A stretch of DNA of 64,000 nucleotides from Bigelowiella natans CCMP2755 (taxonomy: Eukaryota; Protista; Cercozoa): positions 124,001 to 188,000 of the forward strand of contig ADNK01000870.1 of the NCBI GenBank assembly GCA_000320545.1. The letters run 5' to 3'. The notes beneath the pieces were generated by a model. That model saw only the letters and a list, made by a program, of their open reading frames with translations, did not search any database and was not told the DNA's origin. Positions 29,271 to 42,929 of the stretch are shown piece by piece. Position 1 is the stretch's first letter; each line of letters begins with the position of its first letter. Both the position numbers and the translations under genes were made by a program.

Positions 29271-30832
29271 TCACCGTGGGCGTCCATTGTGTTGTCGCGC
29301 TGTCCTTCTATCCGAATACTCATGGGCTTGATAAGATCTTGGCCTAAAATCCCTCCGCCGTTTGGTCCTATCATGACCTCTCAAACTAGCTGATCGCCTA
29401 CGTCGTGATGGTGGTGGTCCACTTAAGGCAAATCTTCGTCGAAACTGTGGTCTTTCTCGAAATGATTCTGCAAAATGTCAAAAAAAATATTTAGTTTTAG
29501 CACAGGTCAAGCATTAGCTATTACTCATTGGAAATGAGGTTCTGTTTCGAATAAGTCCCCCCTTCCATTCCAGTTCCTCGTCGCTTGCTTCAGAGACTGG
29601 ATCATTTGAAGAAACAAAAGCCATTTTGCTGCGCAAAAATGTGAATCATATGTGAATATCATTCAAGAATTACCAGGAAATAAGACATTATTACCTGTAG
29701 CTCCATCGGTACTTGTAATCCCGGAAAAGTATCTCGAACGGCTCCAGCAACTTGATCACCGCATCCCGTCGCTCTTTCAAATATGAAACTACAAACACTC
29801 TCTTTTTGTTCCCATAGATAGTGTTGTCTTCGTCGACATAGACATATGTAGCATACGTCTCACACATCTTTCTCCAGCATTTCATACCTAAGTACGATAA
29901 ATACAACACAATCAAAGGATTTTTGAGTGATGTAAGAAAAAATCGTTCGTACGAATTTATTTTTCTTCCTCCTTGTGAGGTGAATATGCGAGTATTTACC
30001 TCGTCCATGTATGAATGGAACAGCTGATGCAGGAATATCTGCAAAATCTACAAAGGGGTGATTCAGAAAGTCTGAACTGTTATCTGTTGTGAGCATCCAA
30101 TTATCATCGAGCTCTTTTGACGTGAAAAACGATAATATCAATATCTTCATTAGGTTTCTCTGGATCAAAGTTCCTACAAAAATCCTAATTTCAGCGCTAT
30201 TACAGAATCTGATAAAATAATATTAAACCGTTTATTACGACGCTTGTACTGTGACGGCTATCTGGTACGAACAATTTACACCCGCAAGCGGCTTCCATTC
30301 TTTTCATAGCAAACGCACCGCTCCTAAGACATCAATATTTTTTTTATCATTTATTTGGCAGCCCAAATCAAGCTTAAAGTGTACGTTAGAGCTTTAAGAG
30401 TACGTTAGAAGCTTGGATACAAGGGGTTTATTTATCGTGAAACGCTCTGTTTGCCAATCGCTTAACGCGTAGATCTGGGAAGAGTTCATGCCAGAAGGAG
30501 CTACCTTGCCATCGGTTCGATTCACTGCCACACACACACACACACACACAAAAGATGATGTTATTATTGACAATAGGTAAGTACCACGCCGATACAAAGG
30601 CTACGTGAGGAGTGTTGTGATTTTACATCTTTATCGTACACGAGGAGAGGACGTTGGAGAGCTGTTGTTTCTGTTTGAGTGATGGCTGCTGTGAAGCTTG
30701 AGCAAGCTTCCTTTCTTGCTGGTGGTAACTTACTCTGATACTCACGATCACAGCTAGAACCAAACAACATGCCAAGGAGATAGATACGATTTTGGGAGAA
30801 TGATATCTCCCCCTAGATCCGCCCGTGCTCAT
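29271..30832 (-). CDS. Hypothetical multi-exon protein with N-terminal hydrophobic signal/anchor and Arg-rich C-terminus
   Basis: MSTGGSRGRYHSPKIVSISLACCLVLAVIVSIR|gt, then a coding-like exon at 29691-30044. Phase-compatible GT-AG joins lead to SKMAFVSSNDP... and KSFRERPQFRRRF...NGRPR* (stop at 29271). No recognised domain. Confidence 0.5.
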
Positions 30833-31314
30833 GAAATGCTCTTGCCAACTAGCCCATTAGTTTTTACTGGTTGTTCGCGATGTGAATGAGACTTTTGGGC
30901 TTCCAATCCCCTACAAGCAGGTGGTAGATATAAATCTATTACTACTAACAGCTCCACATCCTTGTTGCTGCTACTTCCACATGTACGTGCAGGAACTGCA
31001 TCATCATCATTTCCCGACGACGGCAAGCTTTGCTTGTTTTCTTGTCGCAGCAGGCGGCGCTCCGAAAAATTAATGTTTTAGAGCGGCAATAAACTCCCAA
31101 CAACCATCAGCATTCATCATCTTTCTCGGGATTATGTCCTCACCATTGCCAAAGCTATCCACACGTCGTCAACTCGAACACCAGTGGTTCAAAATGAGAG
31201 CCTCCAATATTTCGCTTGCGACAAGGTATCATGGAAATATGTGTGCTAAATCTCATGCATTTATTCATTTTAATGCTATCATTTCTGTAACATAAAGCCT
31301 TACAATCATAAACA

Positions 31315-31995
31315 ATGTACGCTGCCTACCCTACCCCCTCGCCTCGGCGCATCCCTATCAAGACTGTTGCACTTCTTTGTGCAGTCATTTTGGGCATCGT
31401 TGCGAGCTCAATGTTGATATTTCGTGAAGTTCAAGGTACTAGATGACTGTGAGGTTGATCGAAACACTGACAGAGCTTGTCGTGAAGATTGTAATCACTG
31501 ATAAATTTCTAGTGATAGATCTGCATCAATACTACAACATTGAATCATCCCTCTAGCCATATGAACAGAATTACACGCTCGCACCATTTTTTATTATCAA
31601 AAATCTTATTTTTTATGTTCTAAAATTATTCAGGCTCCTTAGCTGCGCCTGCAGTCAGAAGCATGCAAACTAGTTTCACACGCCCAATGATGGCCATTTC
31701 TGGTCGACCTAGGTATCCTTTGCATAAGCTTACCCCATGAAGCAAACTTAATACGTTGAATCCTATGGCTCAGTCTGGCAGTAGATGCAACCTATGTGAT
31801 GTGGAAAGGAGCTAAGAAAAAAATGATGAAGAGGTAAATTTTGTGACCAAATGAACTCGGGCTTCGACTAACCAAAATATGATTTGCAGACCTAAAAAGA
31901 AGGGATACGACTCTCGAAGAACCCCACCTGTTTACGATCAACTTCCGCAAGCTCCACCTCAGATGGTGGTGGTGAAGGCCGCAAAAAAGGATTAG
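31315..31995 (+). CDS. PSRP6: Plastid-specific 50S ribosomal protein 6 (cL38)-like, with bipartite leader; 4 exons, 121 aa
   Basis: Exons 31315-31435, 31634-31712, 31774-31833 and 31890-31995 are all GT-AG and phase-consistent (366 nt). Protein: MYAAYPTPSPRRIPIKTVALLCAVILGIVASSMLIFREVQGSLAAPAVRSMQTSFTRPMMAISGRPSLAVDATYVMWKGAKKKMMKRPKKKGYDSRRTPPVYDQLPQAPPQMVVVKAAKKD. The C-terminus matches the PSRP6 RPKK...D..R.P.VY..LP..P pattern. Missed by the ORF track. Confidence 0.75.
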
Positions 31996-33376
31996 AAAGA
32001 AGTTATCGAATTCGTGTCACTAGTCATTACTTTGGTTAAAAATGTGTAGTAAGTGATGATTAAATTTATCCTGTGTGGTACAAAAAATGCATGCGAACAC
32101 AACATCACATGATATGAAGCATATTGAAACTAGTCTGATTTAGAGGTACGTATGCAATATAAGTATAGGCGGATAGCGTACCTTCACAAAGTTGATGCCT
32201 CACTACTATGCTACGACTAGACAGCCATGTGCTAAGCATGTGTGTGTACGTATAACAATAGTGTACTCCATGCACCTACGGTGGTTCTTGAATTTGCTTG
32301 CGCGTACATAGAAATGCCATGCTAGCAAGCATGCATGGCACTAGGTGCCAACTATCTAGCTCTAGAGCTACACGTACGTAATACGTACAGAGAGCTAGAG
32401 AGAGACTACTGAAGTCATGATAGCTGCATGTCAAGATGGGTTAAGCGTTTCTAGGTTTATATACGATCGACGAAGCGATATGCGAAGCTAGCAGCTAGCG
32501 AAGCTGTCACACAACGTAACGCACGTCACAGCTAGCTAGCTAGATACAGCATGCCTGTGCATGGGCGCACATGTATACGCATATATTATCTAGACGACAT
32601 CTAGACATGCATGTATGTCACGTACGTGTACATCTCTAGCTAGACACATGCATAGATAATAACATACAGTCTATATAATCTATGCTAGCGCGTACACGTA
32701 AATATATCTATAGGCGTGCCGTGCTCTGCTATAGTTTGTTTCTAGACAACCTAGACAGATAGGATCGGTGTATGATCTAGTGATGCTTGCAGGTATATAA
32801 TTATGCACCGACACAAGTTTTTTAAGATCATCATCGATACGATGCTATTTCCAGTAATGCATAAGGAAGTATTGCCTCCATGCCAATTTGCGGCTAGCAG
32901 CTCATGTCATCGCACTTAAAATAATCGAGTTCTCTGGCCGTGTATACTTATTTCCATAGTGTCATACCGACTGAAATCTTATATAATGATAACCAGAGTA
33001 GATGATAATAAATACAATTGCGAAGAAGACATTTCTGACGCATATCTTGAACATATCTAGATATATGATACTATAAAAACGAATTTAATCGTTTTCTTCT
33101 TATTTTAAGTTGGTAAGCAGAAGGCTATTGTTTATGGTATGCTAGAACTAACCATGGTACTAAAATGCATTCTTATCTTGTAGGAATACACTATATCAAT
33201 GAAAAAATTAAAGTGCAAATGCTGCTATTTTTCAATGAATTAGAATTTATTGTTAAAGCAACCCAGACATAACAGTAAGCTGATTAGTCATGAGCGACCG
33301 GTTGCATCATTCAAATCTTGGATAGAGTTAGAGAAATTATTAGCATAATTTTTAGGAGCAATAGATTTCAACGTCG

Positions 33377-34506
33377 TCAAATGCTTTTTCGATGTGCACG
33401 TTTCTCTCCAGAATCTCCCTCAAGCATGAACTAGATGGTAAATTTCAAAAACTTAAATGAGTACATGATGAGCCTTCCACAAATATGATTGATTGTTCTT
33501 TTGTCACCTTATGAACGAGTCTATCAAACCTCTTTGATGTAAGCTGAATCCTGTTAATGTTTTCAAACAACGCGGCCTACAAGAAGATGAATCCCCATAA
33601 TTAGGAATATATATTCGTTCCATCGCCATAATTAGGAATATACGTATATATTCGTTCCATTGGCACGACGCTTGAAAGTACTACCTCGTTTATATCCTCT
33701 GGTGGACGATTCAGGATCGACAGACAATCCTCGAAACTCTTCGTGAGAAAACTTTGCTGAAGACGATGATTTTGGTAAGAATGTGATGGAAAGTCAACAG
33801 GAAAGTTGGTAGTATTGGTATCGTCGTTATTGTTATACCCCAAATAGCCTTAGAATTCCCAATGCAGTACGGAAAAGGAATACTTGACCGTGGAATAAGA
33901 AATTATCCCAGATTCTATGTGCAATGTCTATTGGAAGAGACCGACTGTATATCGTTAACAACCTGATGATGTAGTATATATCATTGTATGGGCAGACAGT
34001 TGATTGATGGAAGAAGAAGAAGAAGAAGAAGAAGAAGAAGAAGAAGAAAAGTGCAATTGACGACGTGACGACGAACAGCAAGGTGTGTGTGTGTGTGTGT
34101 GTGTGTGCGTGTGTGTGTATGCTGTGCATATGTATATGCCAGTGTTCTTGGAGGTGTGTATGCTGTGTATATGTATATGCCAGTGTTCTTGGAGGTGGCA
34201 AGCAATGATGACAATGGTGGTGGTGGTGGAATTATTAACCATTCGTATAAATACATCCCGGGCTTGATTTCGATTTCTTCAAAATGATCGTACAATTTGG
34301 GAAGTTTCTCCTTCATCAAAGTCTAGAAAGAAAGAGAAACACAAGTATTGCGATGATGAATGGCATGACATGACTGGCTCAGATCAGAAAAGAATTAATA
34401 CAGATAGCACTTACAACGATAACGATTGATGACCTGGTAGACTTTGAGATGAGTCTCCATTTTGTCGACGTCCATACGAAAAAAAGCGAAATATATATCC
34501 TGGCAG

Positions 34507-34540
<34 letters not shown>

Positions 34541-35071
34541 GAAATCTATGATGTGTAGTAAGAGAGCATGTAAGCTGTAGGACCTGATTCAGCAAATTGG
34601 CTAAACACTGAAACGCGTCTTCGGTACACATATTCAACAGCAAGATAGCAGCTAGGTACGACATTCCCTGTACATATCCGACTGGATGATAATGAAGAAA
34701 GAAAGAAAGAGAGAGAGGGAGAGGGAGGCGGTCATTCAAATAATGTATCTAACAACTACTCTGTAATAATAAATATCCAAAGCAGCAAGTGCAGTGAATA
34801 ATAATACCGTCGGGTCGATAACATACGTAAGCCTGCAACACTTTTAGCAAAGGCTCATGGAGAGGCCCCTCTTTATGAAAGAACTTTAACTGCGGAAACG
34901 TTCTTGGTATATCCTTCAAGGATGATGCAATCGAAACAGCAATAAGAGGAAACGAGAACAAATTTAACGATGAAAGAAGCTACAGTTTGAATAAAGAACA
35001 AGGACAAAGCGGGCGAAGAAGAAGAAGGGAGCTAGCTACTTTTGATAAAACCTCTATATCGTAAGACATCA

Positions 35072-35103
<32 letters not shown>

Positions 35104-35806
35104 ATAGAACAATATTTATGTTTACTACCGCCCGTATGATCCGCATGCTATCTTCTCTCGATGCATCATCATCGTCGTCATCTTCTTCTTCCTTCTGCTT
35201 CGAGTCGCTTGATATTGGAAGCTCTGAAGAGCCTCTTCTTGCCCTTGCATTTGCCTTTTCAGATGCGGCAATCTGCTCACCCCAAAGTTTTCTTCCTCGT
35301 TTGACATTGATTGAGAAGAGTTCTGGAGTTATCTTAAGCTCATTTCCAATGATGGCCTGAAAGCACAAGAACAAGAACAAGAGTGAGTGAATAACCAATA
35401 CGACAGACTCTCTCCTGGAACATGAAGCAGCACCTTCCATGCCTTTCCACGAATACTGCCTGGAATACCCTTCCAACACAGCTTGTTTACTCTTGATGAT
35501 GTAGCCATTTGGGGCCGTGTTGGTCGTTTCTCCAGAAGCTGCTGCCATTCTTTCTTACGCCTTGTTTCGGATGCCTAATGAGTGAGTGAGTGAGTAGTGA
35601 GTGAGTTGGTTAATGAGTGGGTGAACAGTGAGAATAGAGACAAATTGACACACAACATCAAGTGAAATTACTCGCGGTCTATAGTAAATTACCTCTCGTT
35701 CATCCTCTTTAGCATCAGGTGATTCCATAGCTTGATGATTGAAGAATAGTTTGGCCCTCTCTGCCATGTTATTCATCTGCAGAGAATAGAGCGGGCGACC
35801 AAATGA

Positions 35807-35861
<55 letters not shown>

Positions 35862-36890
35862 TGAATGAATGGATGAAAATCACCGGTGCAAGCATAAGGT
35901 CGAGATTGAATACCTTCTTTGTGACAGCAGTTGCAAGATCTGAGACTGACCATGACCGCTTAGTTCTTAGCGTGCTGCTACGGCTGCTTCTAATAATGGT
36001 TCAGGAAGAAGAAGGCATACGTTCAGTTTACGCTCCCTCTGATTCAATGGCGATTGATTCAACTAATACTGATTTATTACTTGTCTGTTGGAGATTCAAC
36101 CAATACATCATCATCCTGTTGGTTTTGCGTTTGAATATCTGCTACTGTGGGACTTCCATTGTTCATTTTCTTCTTCTGTGACCTTCCATCATCTTGACCC
36201 TCGTTTCCGCTGGGAAGTGAGGGTAACGGGGTGTTTTGTTTTTTAGGTGGGGGAATGTATGAGGGAGTAGGAGAGGATGAGGATGAGGAGGAGGAGGAGG
36301 CAGGGGTCTTCATAACTTTGTCTTCTGTTGCTATGGTGGTGGCATCGTCCACTTGTGTAGATTTTGCTTCTGGCTCGGTACATTCTATCTCTTTCATTTT
36401 TTTGGTTTCTTCTTCCACCACTGTCTTGGGCACCACCAACACCTCATCATCTTGGTGTTTCGATGATGATGAAGCTGCTTCTTCAGGCTTTTTATATTCA
36501 ACAAATTAGATCAGCCATCATACTTCAAAGAATTTAAATTTTCGTTTTGACAACCTTTGCTGCTTTCATTGAAAAATGCAGCTGCAGCTTCTTCTCCTCC
36601 TTCTTCGTCTTCTTCTTCTTTTTCCTATAAAGGGATGATGATGTTGTCATGGCAGCCCCAATTTCAAACCAAAGGCAGACGGAGCAAAACGTACTATCTA
36701 CCCCAGTGACGAATGAGACAGAGGATGAAAGCAGATTAGGTTACCTCCCACTTTCGAGTGTATCTTCTTTGAGGCCGTTTATTTACGATCGTAGGCCTAC
36801 GTTAAAGTTTTTAATATAAGAATATCCTCGAAGCAGATTTACTTCCACCGTACAATCGAGCGCGGAGGGGGTAAACTTACAATAGACATT
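33377..36890 (-). CDS. TBC-domain Rab GTPase-activating protein (TBC1D12/14-like)
   Basis: Spliced motifs [92 protein letters not shown] and [10 protein letters not shown]. Start and last exon are approximate. Confidence 0.88.
34113..34196 (+). repeat. 41-bp tandem duplication in a TBC-gene intron
   Basis: gtgtgtatgctgtg(c/t)atatgtatatgccagtgttcttggag x2. Confidence 0.85.
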
Positions 36891-37477
36891 TATTAGTGAC
36901 AACCTTAAGCTCCTGGCAAGATAGGGATACTGCAAGTGTATTATTTAATGGTGGAATACACAGCGCGTTACGTTATCTACTTTCCAGCCAGCGCTCGTCG
37001 CCAATCAGAAGCGTGACCCCGGCACCACCACCATTCAGTGGAATTGGCACGATTAATCAATGAATGGATCTAAAGAAGAGTGCGATTTTATCCCTGCGAC
37101 TTCGTATTTATGCCAAAACCACCAATAAATCCGCGTGTATTCACCTTCCTGGGAGAATGATATCCGGTATTTGAAAATGTTATTGGATCATTCTCAAACA
37201 GCGTTTATTTGCTATTGAAACACATGCCATTTTTTTCCATTTTGAACCAAAATCTCATGTCTTTTGCCTCAAAAGGAAGGAGACTCTACTTTCGAGTTTT
37301 TTCGGCCTTCCGTCCTCAGTTTGTCAGCTTGCCTTTTTCCTTCCGAGGAGGGGGCAGACAGTATCAACCGTGTGATGTTGCCAAAGAACGAACAACGATC
37401 ATAGAGACAGCAGCCATCACACGAATATCTTGTAGAGCAACAATCAGCCCGAAACGAACTGATTCCAACGCTTGTGC

Positions 37478-38624
37478 ATGGCACATTTGGCATCCCCACA
37501 AAAATTTTCCCGGAGACGATGTTGCGTGTTGTGTGTACTATTGTTTGTCTTTCTCACTGGGTTGTCTTCGAGAAACCAGGGATCACACTTCGTTCATTTA
37601 CCTCGGCATTCACAACTTACGATGTGCGTGAGACACTACTACTTTTCGTTTCACTCCAAGAGTTAAGCGAATAATATGTGATACTACTATCCTGTTACAT
37701 ATGTTGTTGTCAAGGCGCATTCAGAAAGCTGATGGTGAGGATGGGGTGAAGATTTCTATGTGCCATATTGAGGACACTGTAACAATTGCTCGAGCTCTAG
37801 CTAGGATTTATAAGGTCTGTAGCGTTAGGCTTGTGGCGGTGGCAGGCAGCAGCAGTAGCAGTGGTTGGTGGTGGTGGTGGTGGCGTGTAGTTACTTTCAT
37901 TTCCAGTAATGAAAACTACCGTCTGAAACACCATCATGTTCATAAGGAATTTCTTATAGTATGTTTTGGTAGTATTTTCAAAATGATTATATTGAGAGTA
38001 GTAATACAAAACTCAATGTTGTTCTTTTTTTATTTTTAACTACAGAAGGGAGAATCACTATTTTTATCTGGTGATTTGGGATCTGGAAAGACATGCTTTG
38101 CCAGAGCGTTCATCAGAGAATTCCTTGATAACCCCATCCTTGATGTCCCATCTCCAACGTAATCAGGATACATTTACTTGCACATTACTACTAATAAGTA
38201 ACCATGAATAACTCCTTATTTCAAATGCATCCCCTGATAATTCTGCTACTACAAGTATTATTATTATGATGATTGTGTAAGTTTGATGATGATGAGGAGG
38301 AGAAGGATGGGGATGATAATGAAGATGGCAATAATTTCCAGTGATGCAAACAGTACTGTAGATGTGTCATAAACTATCGATCGTGTCATCATTGTCTAAT
38401 TACACAGATATCTCATTGCTCTAACGTATGGTGATAAGGAAGAAGCTAGTCGAGTCCGTAGCAGGTTACCACTGTAGTAGTACAATGCTGCCCCCCATGA
38501 TGAGAGCTGCTTTTAAGTAAATTGGGAATAATTATTGAATAAATGCATAAGTAGTCGAGAAGAATCAGTACCACTCTGCAAAGTTACTCATTTGGATTTA
38601 TACCGACTAAAGAACGCTACGAGG

Positions 38625-38661
<37 letters not shown>

Positions 38662-39549
38662 AGTAGTAGTAGTGGAAGTAGTAGTAGTAATTTCCAAAAA
38701 GACAAGTCCTATGAAAAAGGCATATTATATATACAGTGCAACAACCTTGACATCTAGCCTCTGGGTCATCATCACCATCATTCATATAGGATTTGCAATA
38801 CCATCATCACTATAGTATTCAGTTTCAATCAGCATGATCAATAATGCTATCAGAGTGAGAAGGCTTATAGATTTCGAGGATGTATTCAACAACCAGATAA
38901 GGTTGCTACTATTTAGTAGCATATAGCGAAGATATTGATGTTTATCATACTTTATCGCTGGAACAGCCATTAGTGATGATGAGCATGAGGAGGAGGAGGA
39001 GGAGGAGGAAGAGGAGGAGGAGGAGGAAGATGTTATCCTAACCCATCAATATCAAATAGAAACTTTCAAGGAGAGTATTTGAGAGGAGTAGGAATTTATG
39101 TATTCATCTTCTTCTTCTTCTTGAGAGCTTGCTGCCTAATTGTTTCGCGATTCAGTATTATAGAATGGCCTGAGAGACTGCTGCTCTTGGAATCTAATGG
39201 AGAAAGAAGAAGAAGAAGAAGCGGAGGAGGAGGGGGGGGGAGGAGGGGTAATAAATGAGAGCTGGCCTCCACGACTTGAGGTAACATTTCACGGCAGTGG
39301 TCCTCAGGGAATACATCGAAATATTACCATCAAATCGAGTAAGACGAGTAAATCAAAAAGGTGTGTGCGATTGATACATAAACATATAACAAATAGACGC
39401 ATCATGACCAACGTAGATTAACGAATACATTACGATCTGATGGTTTTCCCACATCATTCCTTAACTTGGCATCATCATTCATTGATATGGTGCTAAGAAT
39501 GATGGCCGCTCGAATTGTTTTAAGTGTTGTGAGTGTATTGTGAGTGTGT

Positions 39550-39588
<39 letters not shown>

Positions 39589-39791
39589 TGTCATCGCCAT
39601 CATTTTTTCTTCTACGTTCGTATGACAACGATAATACCTCTCTGCTCTTTCTCAATATATACTAATATATATACGTGTGTGTGTGTGTGTGTATGTGTGT
39701 AGGGAAGCGACGAACAGCATTTTGGATCGACTACTAGCAAAACTATTGATGATGTCTTCTTCGTCTTCGTGTTCAGATGATGACCACAGTA

Positions 39792-39824
<33 letters not shown>

Positions 39825-39835
39825 CTGATGCCTAA
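37478..39835 (+). CDS. tsaE: TsaE (YjeE) t6A-biosynthesis ATPase moiety with bipartite targeting leader; probably the N-terminal half of a TsaE-TsaD fusion
   Basis: Leader MAHLASPQKFSRRRCCVLCVLLFVFLTGLSSRNQGSH... Spliced exons give EDTVTIARALARI, LFLSGDLGSGKTCFARAFI, DVPSPTY, HLDLYRL, IIEWPERL, RLEVTF...RNITIK and ILDRLLAKL, the full TsaE motif set. One apparent frameshift in a G9 run at 39232-39240. Confidence 0.88.
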
Positions 39836-39911
39836 ATACTACTACTATATCATCATCATAGTACTGATACTACTACTACTACTACTACAACTACTAACAC
39901 TAATACTACAG

Positions 39912-40400
39912 ATTCAATAGCGGCAAAAGCAGGAGAGAAATGGGGGGGAGATGATGGCCACAAGTCCTACTACTCATTGAGTCGTCGCAGTCGCTCATCA
40001 TTAGTTGATGATGATGATCATCATCATCATCATTCTTCCAATGCGACAACTACTGATCCCATTAGCAGCGTATCATACCATCCTTCAAATAATGCTACTA
40101 CAGCAGCTGCTCCTAGAAGTGATGATAATGATGATGACATCAAAACGAAACTTGTTTTAGGTCATTTACCCCTCCCCCCCTCCTCCTCACTATCTACATG
40201 TTCGGCTGAATAATAAAATAATGGGTACTACTACTACTACTACTACTGTTGGTTGCGTATAGGTATTGAAACCAGTTGCGATGACACAGCTGTCGCAATT
40301 GTAATATTATAAATTGTTCTTCTTATATAGTTGTTCTTGTTGTTGTTGTTGTTGTTGTTGTTTTTTATAATCGTATACTCACTCACATTGTGTTGTGTGT

Positions 40401-40444
<44 letters not shown>

Positions 40445-40791
40445 GATCCACCTACCACCTACCACCTAGAAAGTACCACCTACTACTACTACTACTACTA
40501 CTACTACTATTACTACAACTGCAACTCTTATGAGATGAAAGCACTGTATGTAGCTCTTGTCGATACAGCGTGTGTATACATATATCATCCACCTAGTATT
40601 GTATAATACGTACTTATTATTACATATTTCGCCTCCTCCCCCTCCTCCTCCTCCTCCCATCGTCTACTACCCGTAAATCATATAAATCATCAAGCTACGT
40701 GGTGATGGGAAGGTCCTAGCAAATCTTCGAGAAAGTCAGCAATCAATACACGAAAACTATGGAGGTGTTGTTCCAAGATTGGCCAAGGTAC

Positions 40792-40824
<33 letters not shown>

Positions 40825-40830
40825 GTGATT

Positions 40831-40868
<38 letters not shown>

Positions 40869-42284
40869 CGTGATATCGACTATGCAGGAGGCTCACGTGA
40901 GTGCCCTATCTGGGTTAATAAAGAAAGCATTGAAAATTGCAAAAATTGATGATGATATGGGCGATGATGTCCATCATCGTCATCATCATCATCATCAACA
41001 ACAACAAAATAAGCTAGATGCTGTAGCAGTGACCATAGGGCCTGGATTGTCTTTGTGTCTTGAGGTTGGGGTAAAGGAAGCAATGAAGGTAAAAGAAGAA
41101 GAACAAGTGATAGAATACTTCGTAGAAGAAGAAGAAGAAAGCAGCAATAAAAGGAGCAACATCATCGTTTTCGTTATGGCATCAAATGAAAAGGAGGAGA
41201 GAGAGAGATGAGAGAGAAAGAGAGGTTTCCCAAACTACTGAGGTCATACTTTTTATTTTATTCATCGTTGCCCTCCGACAAGTCAGTCAATCGTTTTTAG
41301 TATTATTTCACCATCATCATCATCATCATCATCATCATCATATTATAGATATATCTGATTCAATGAATGATTTCATAAAACAGCTTTCTCAAAACCTCCA
41401 AATTCCTTATTTTCCAATTCATCATCTGGAAGCTCACACTCTTGTGTCGCGGTTACCTAAATATCCATATTCTCCTCCTCATTCTCCTCCTCCTCCTCCT
41501 CCTCCTCATCATCATCATCATCAACAACAGCAACAACAACAACAACAACCCCATCATCATCACAACGATAATCGTGGTAACTGCTTCTTCTTCTTCCTTT
41601 CTCGGTTAGCACGTAATGTATATCATACTTGCCAATCACGACAGCGGTTGAACCCTAAGCTTCATTCGTGCACTGAAAATAAGAACAACAACAAAAGTAG
41701 CCATCATTATTGTGATAATAATGGGGAGGAGGAGAGCAAAGATGCTGTTCTGACTGCTGCTACTACTACTGCTACTACTACTACTACATCTACAACAACA
41801 ACTACAACTACCGCTGCTGGGAAGTGTACTGATACTAATGGTGATGATGATGGTCATGGCTACCAACTCTCACTACTACTACCACGCACAATGAAGAAGA
41901 AGAGGAAGAAAGAGCAAGGGCGTGGGGAGGAGAAGAATGATGATGGTGATGATAATGATGCGGCAATCGACTTTCCGTTTTTAGTTTTACTAGTGTCAGG
42001 AGGACACACCATGCTAGTCGTCTCGAAAGGCGTCGGAGAATACCAAATATTAGGTCATTTATTAGCAGCGCTAGTAGTAGTTGTAGTAGTAGTCCATTGA
42101 TGCTTGCTATGCTATGCTATGCTATCACCATCACCATCATCATCGTCATCATAATTCTATTACTTGGATATAAATTGCTGTCGGTCTGCCGATGCTGTGT
42201 ACTTCATCAAGGAGTTGTCAGATACTTCTAACACTTCTCCTCCTTGTCCTATTCCTCCTCTTGCTCCTCGTCCTTATTCTCTCT

Positions 42285-42316
<32 letters not shown>

Positions 42317-42896
42317 TAGGAAGTACCCTAGATGATTCTGTAGGAGAGGCCTTTGATAAGGTTGCAAGATTGTTGGGAGTGAGCGATATCCCAGGGGGTC
42401 ATCAAGTAATCATTAAACATACAATCGTTTTCTTCTTTTTTCCTTCTTCTTTGTCTTTGTAGTAGAAGAAGAAATAAAAGTAGTAGTAGTAGTAGTGGTA
42501 GTACCAAAATCTCCGCCAATAAGTAAGTAAATAAGTAATTAAATAGTATGAGCCAATATTATTAATATTATTATTACATCCCCATTCTCTTCCCCACCCT
42601 TAATTCTCCTTCCTCCTCCTTCCTCCTCCTTCCCCCTCCCTCCTCCTCTTCAAGGTGGAGCTTTTAGCAAAAGGCGGACATGGTACTTCTACAAACATGA
42701 TATATCATGCATGATGATTTCAAATAAGAATCTAATACATCAAAAAATGATAAATATACCTGAACCGATTGTTATCTTGATGCAGTAGTACTGATGTATG
42801 TATGTATGTATGTATGTATGTATGATTTAGGTAAGGAATTACCAAGGCCATTACCTATCCCACTTTCTCAGTCAAGAGACCCTTGCCTTCGCCTTG

Positions 42897-42929
<33 letters not shown>

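Noticed and set aside
32052-32142. Possible box C/D snoRNA (GTGATGA...CTGA)
   Set aside because: TGATGA is ubiquitous here, the terminal stem is weak and I recognised no rRNA-complementary guide.
39833-39835. Stop-codon readthrough or genetic-code reassignment joining TsaE to TsaD
   Set aside because: TAA is a normal stop in GDI, SmD2 and ELP3, and a canonical in-frame intron explains the join more simply.
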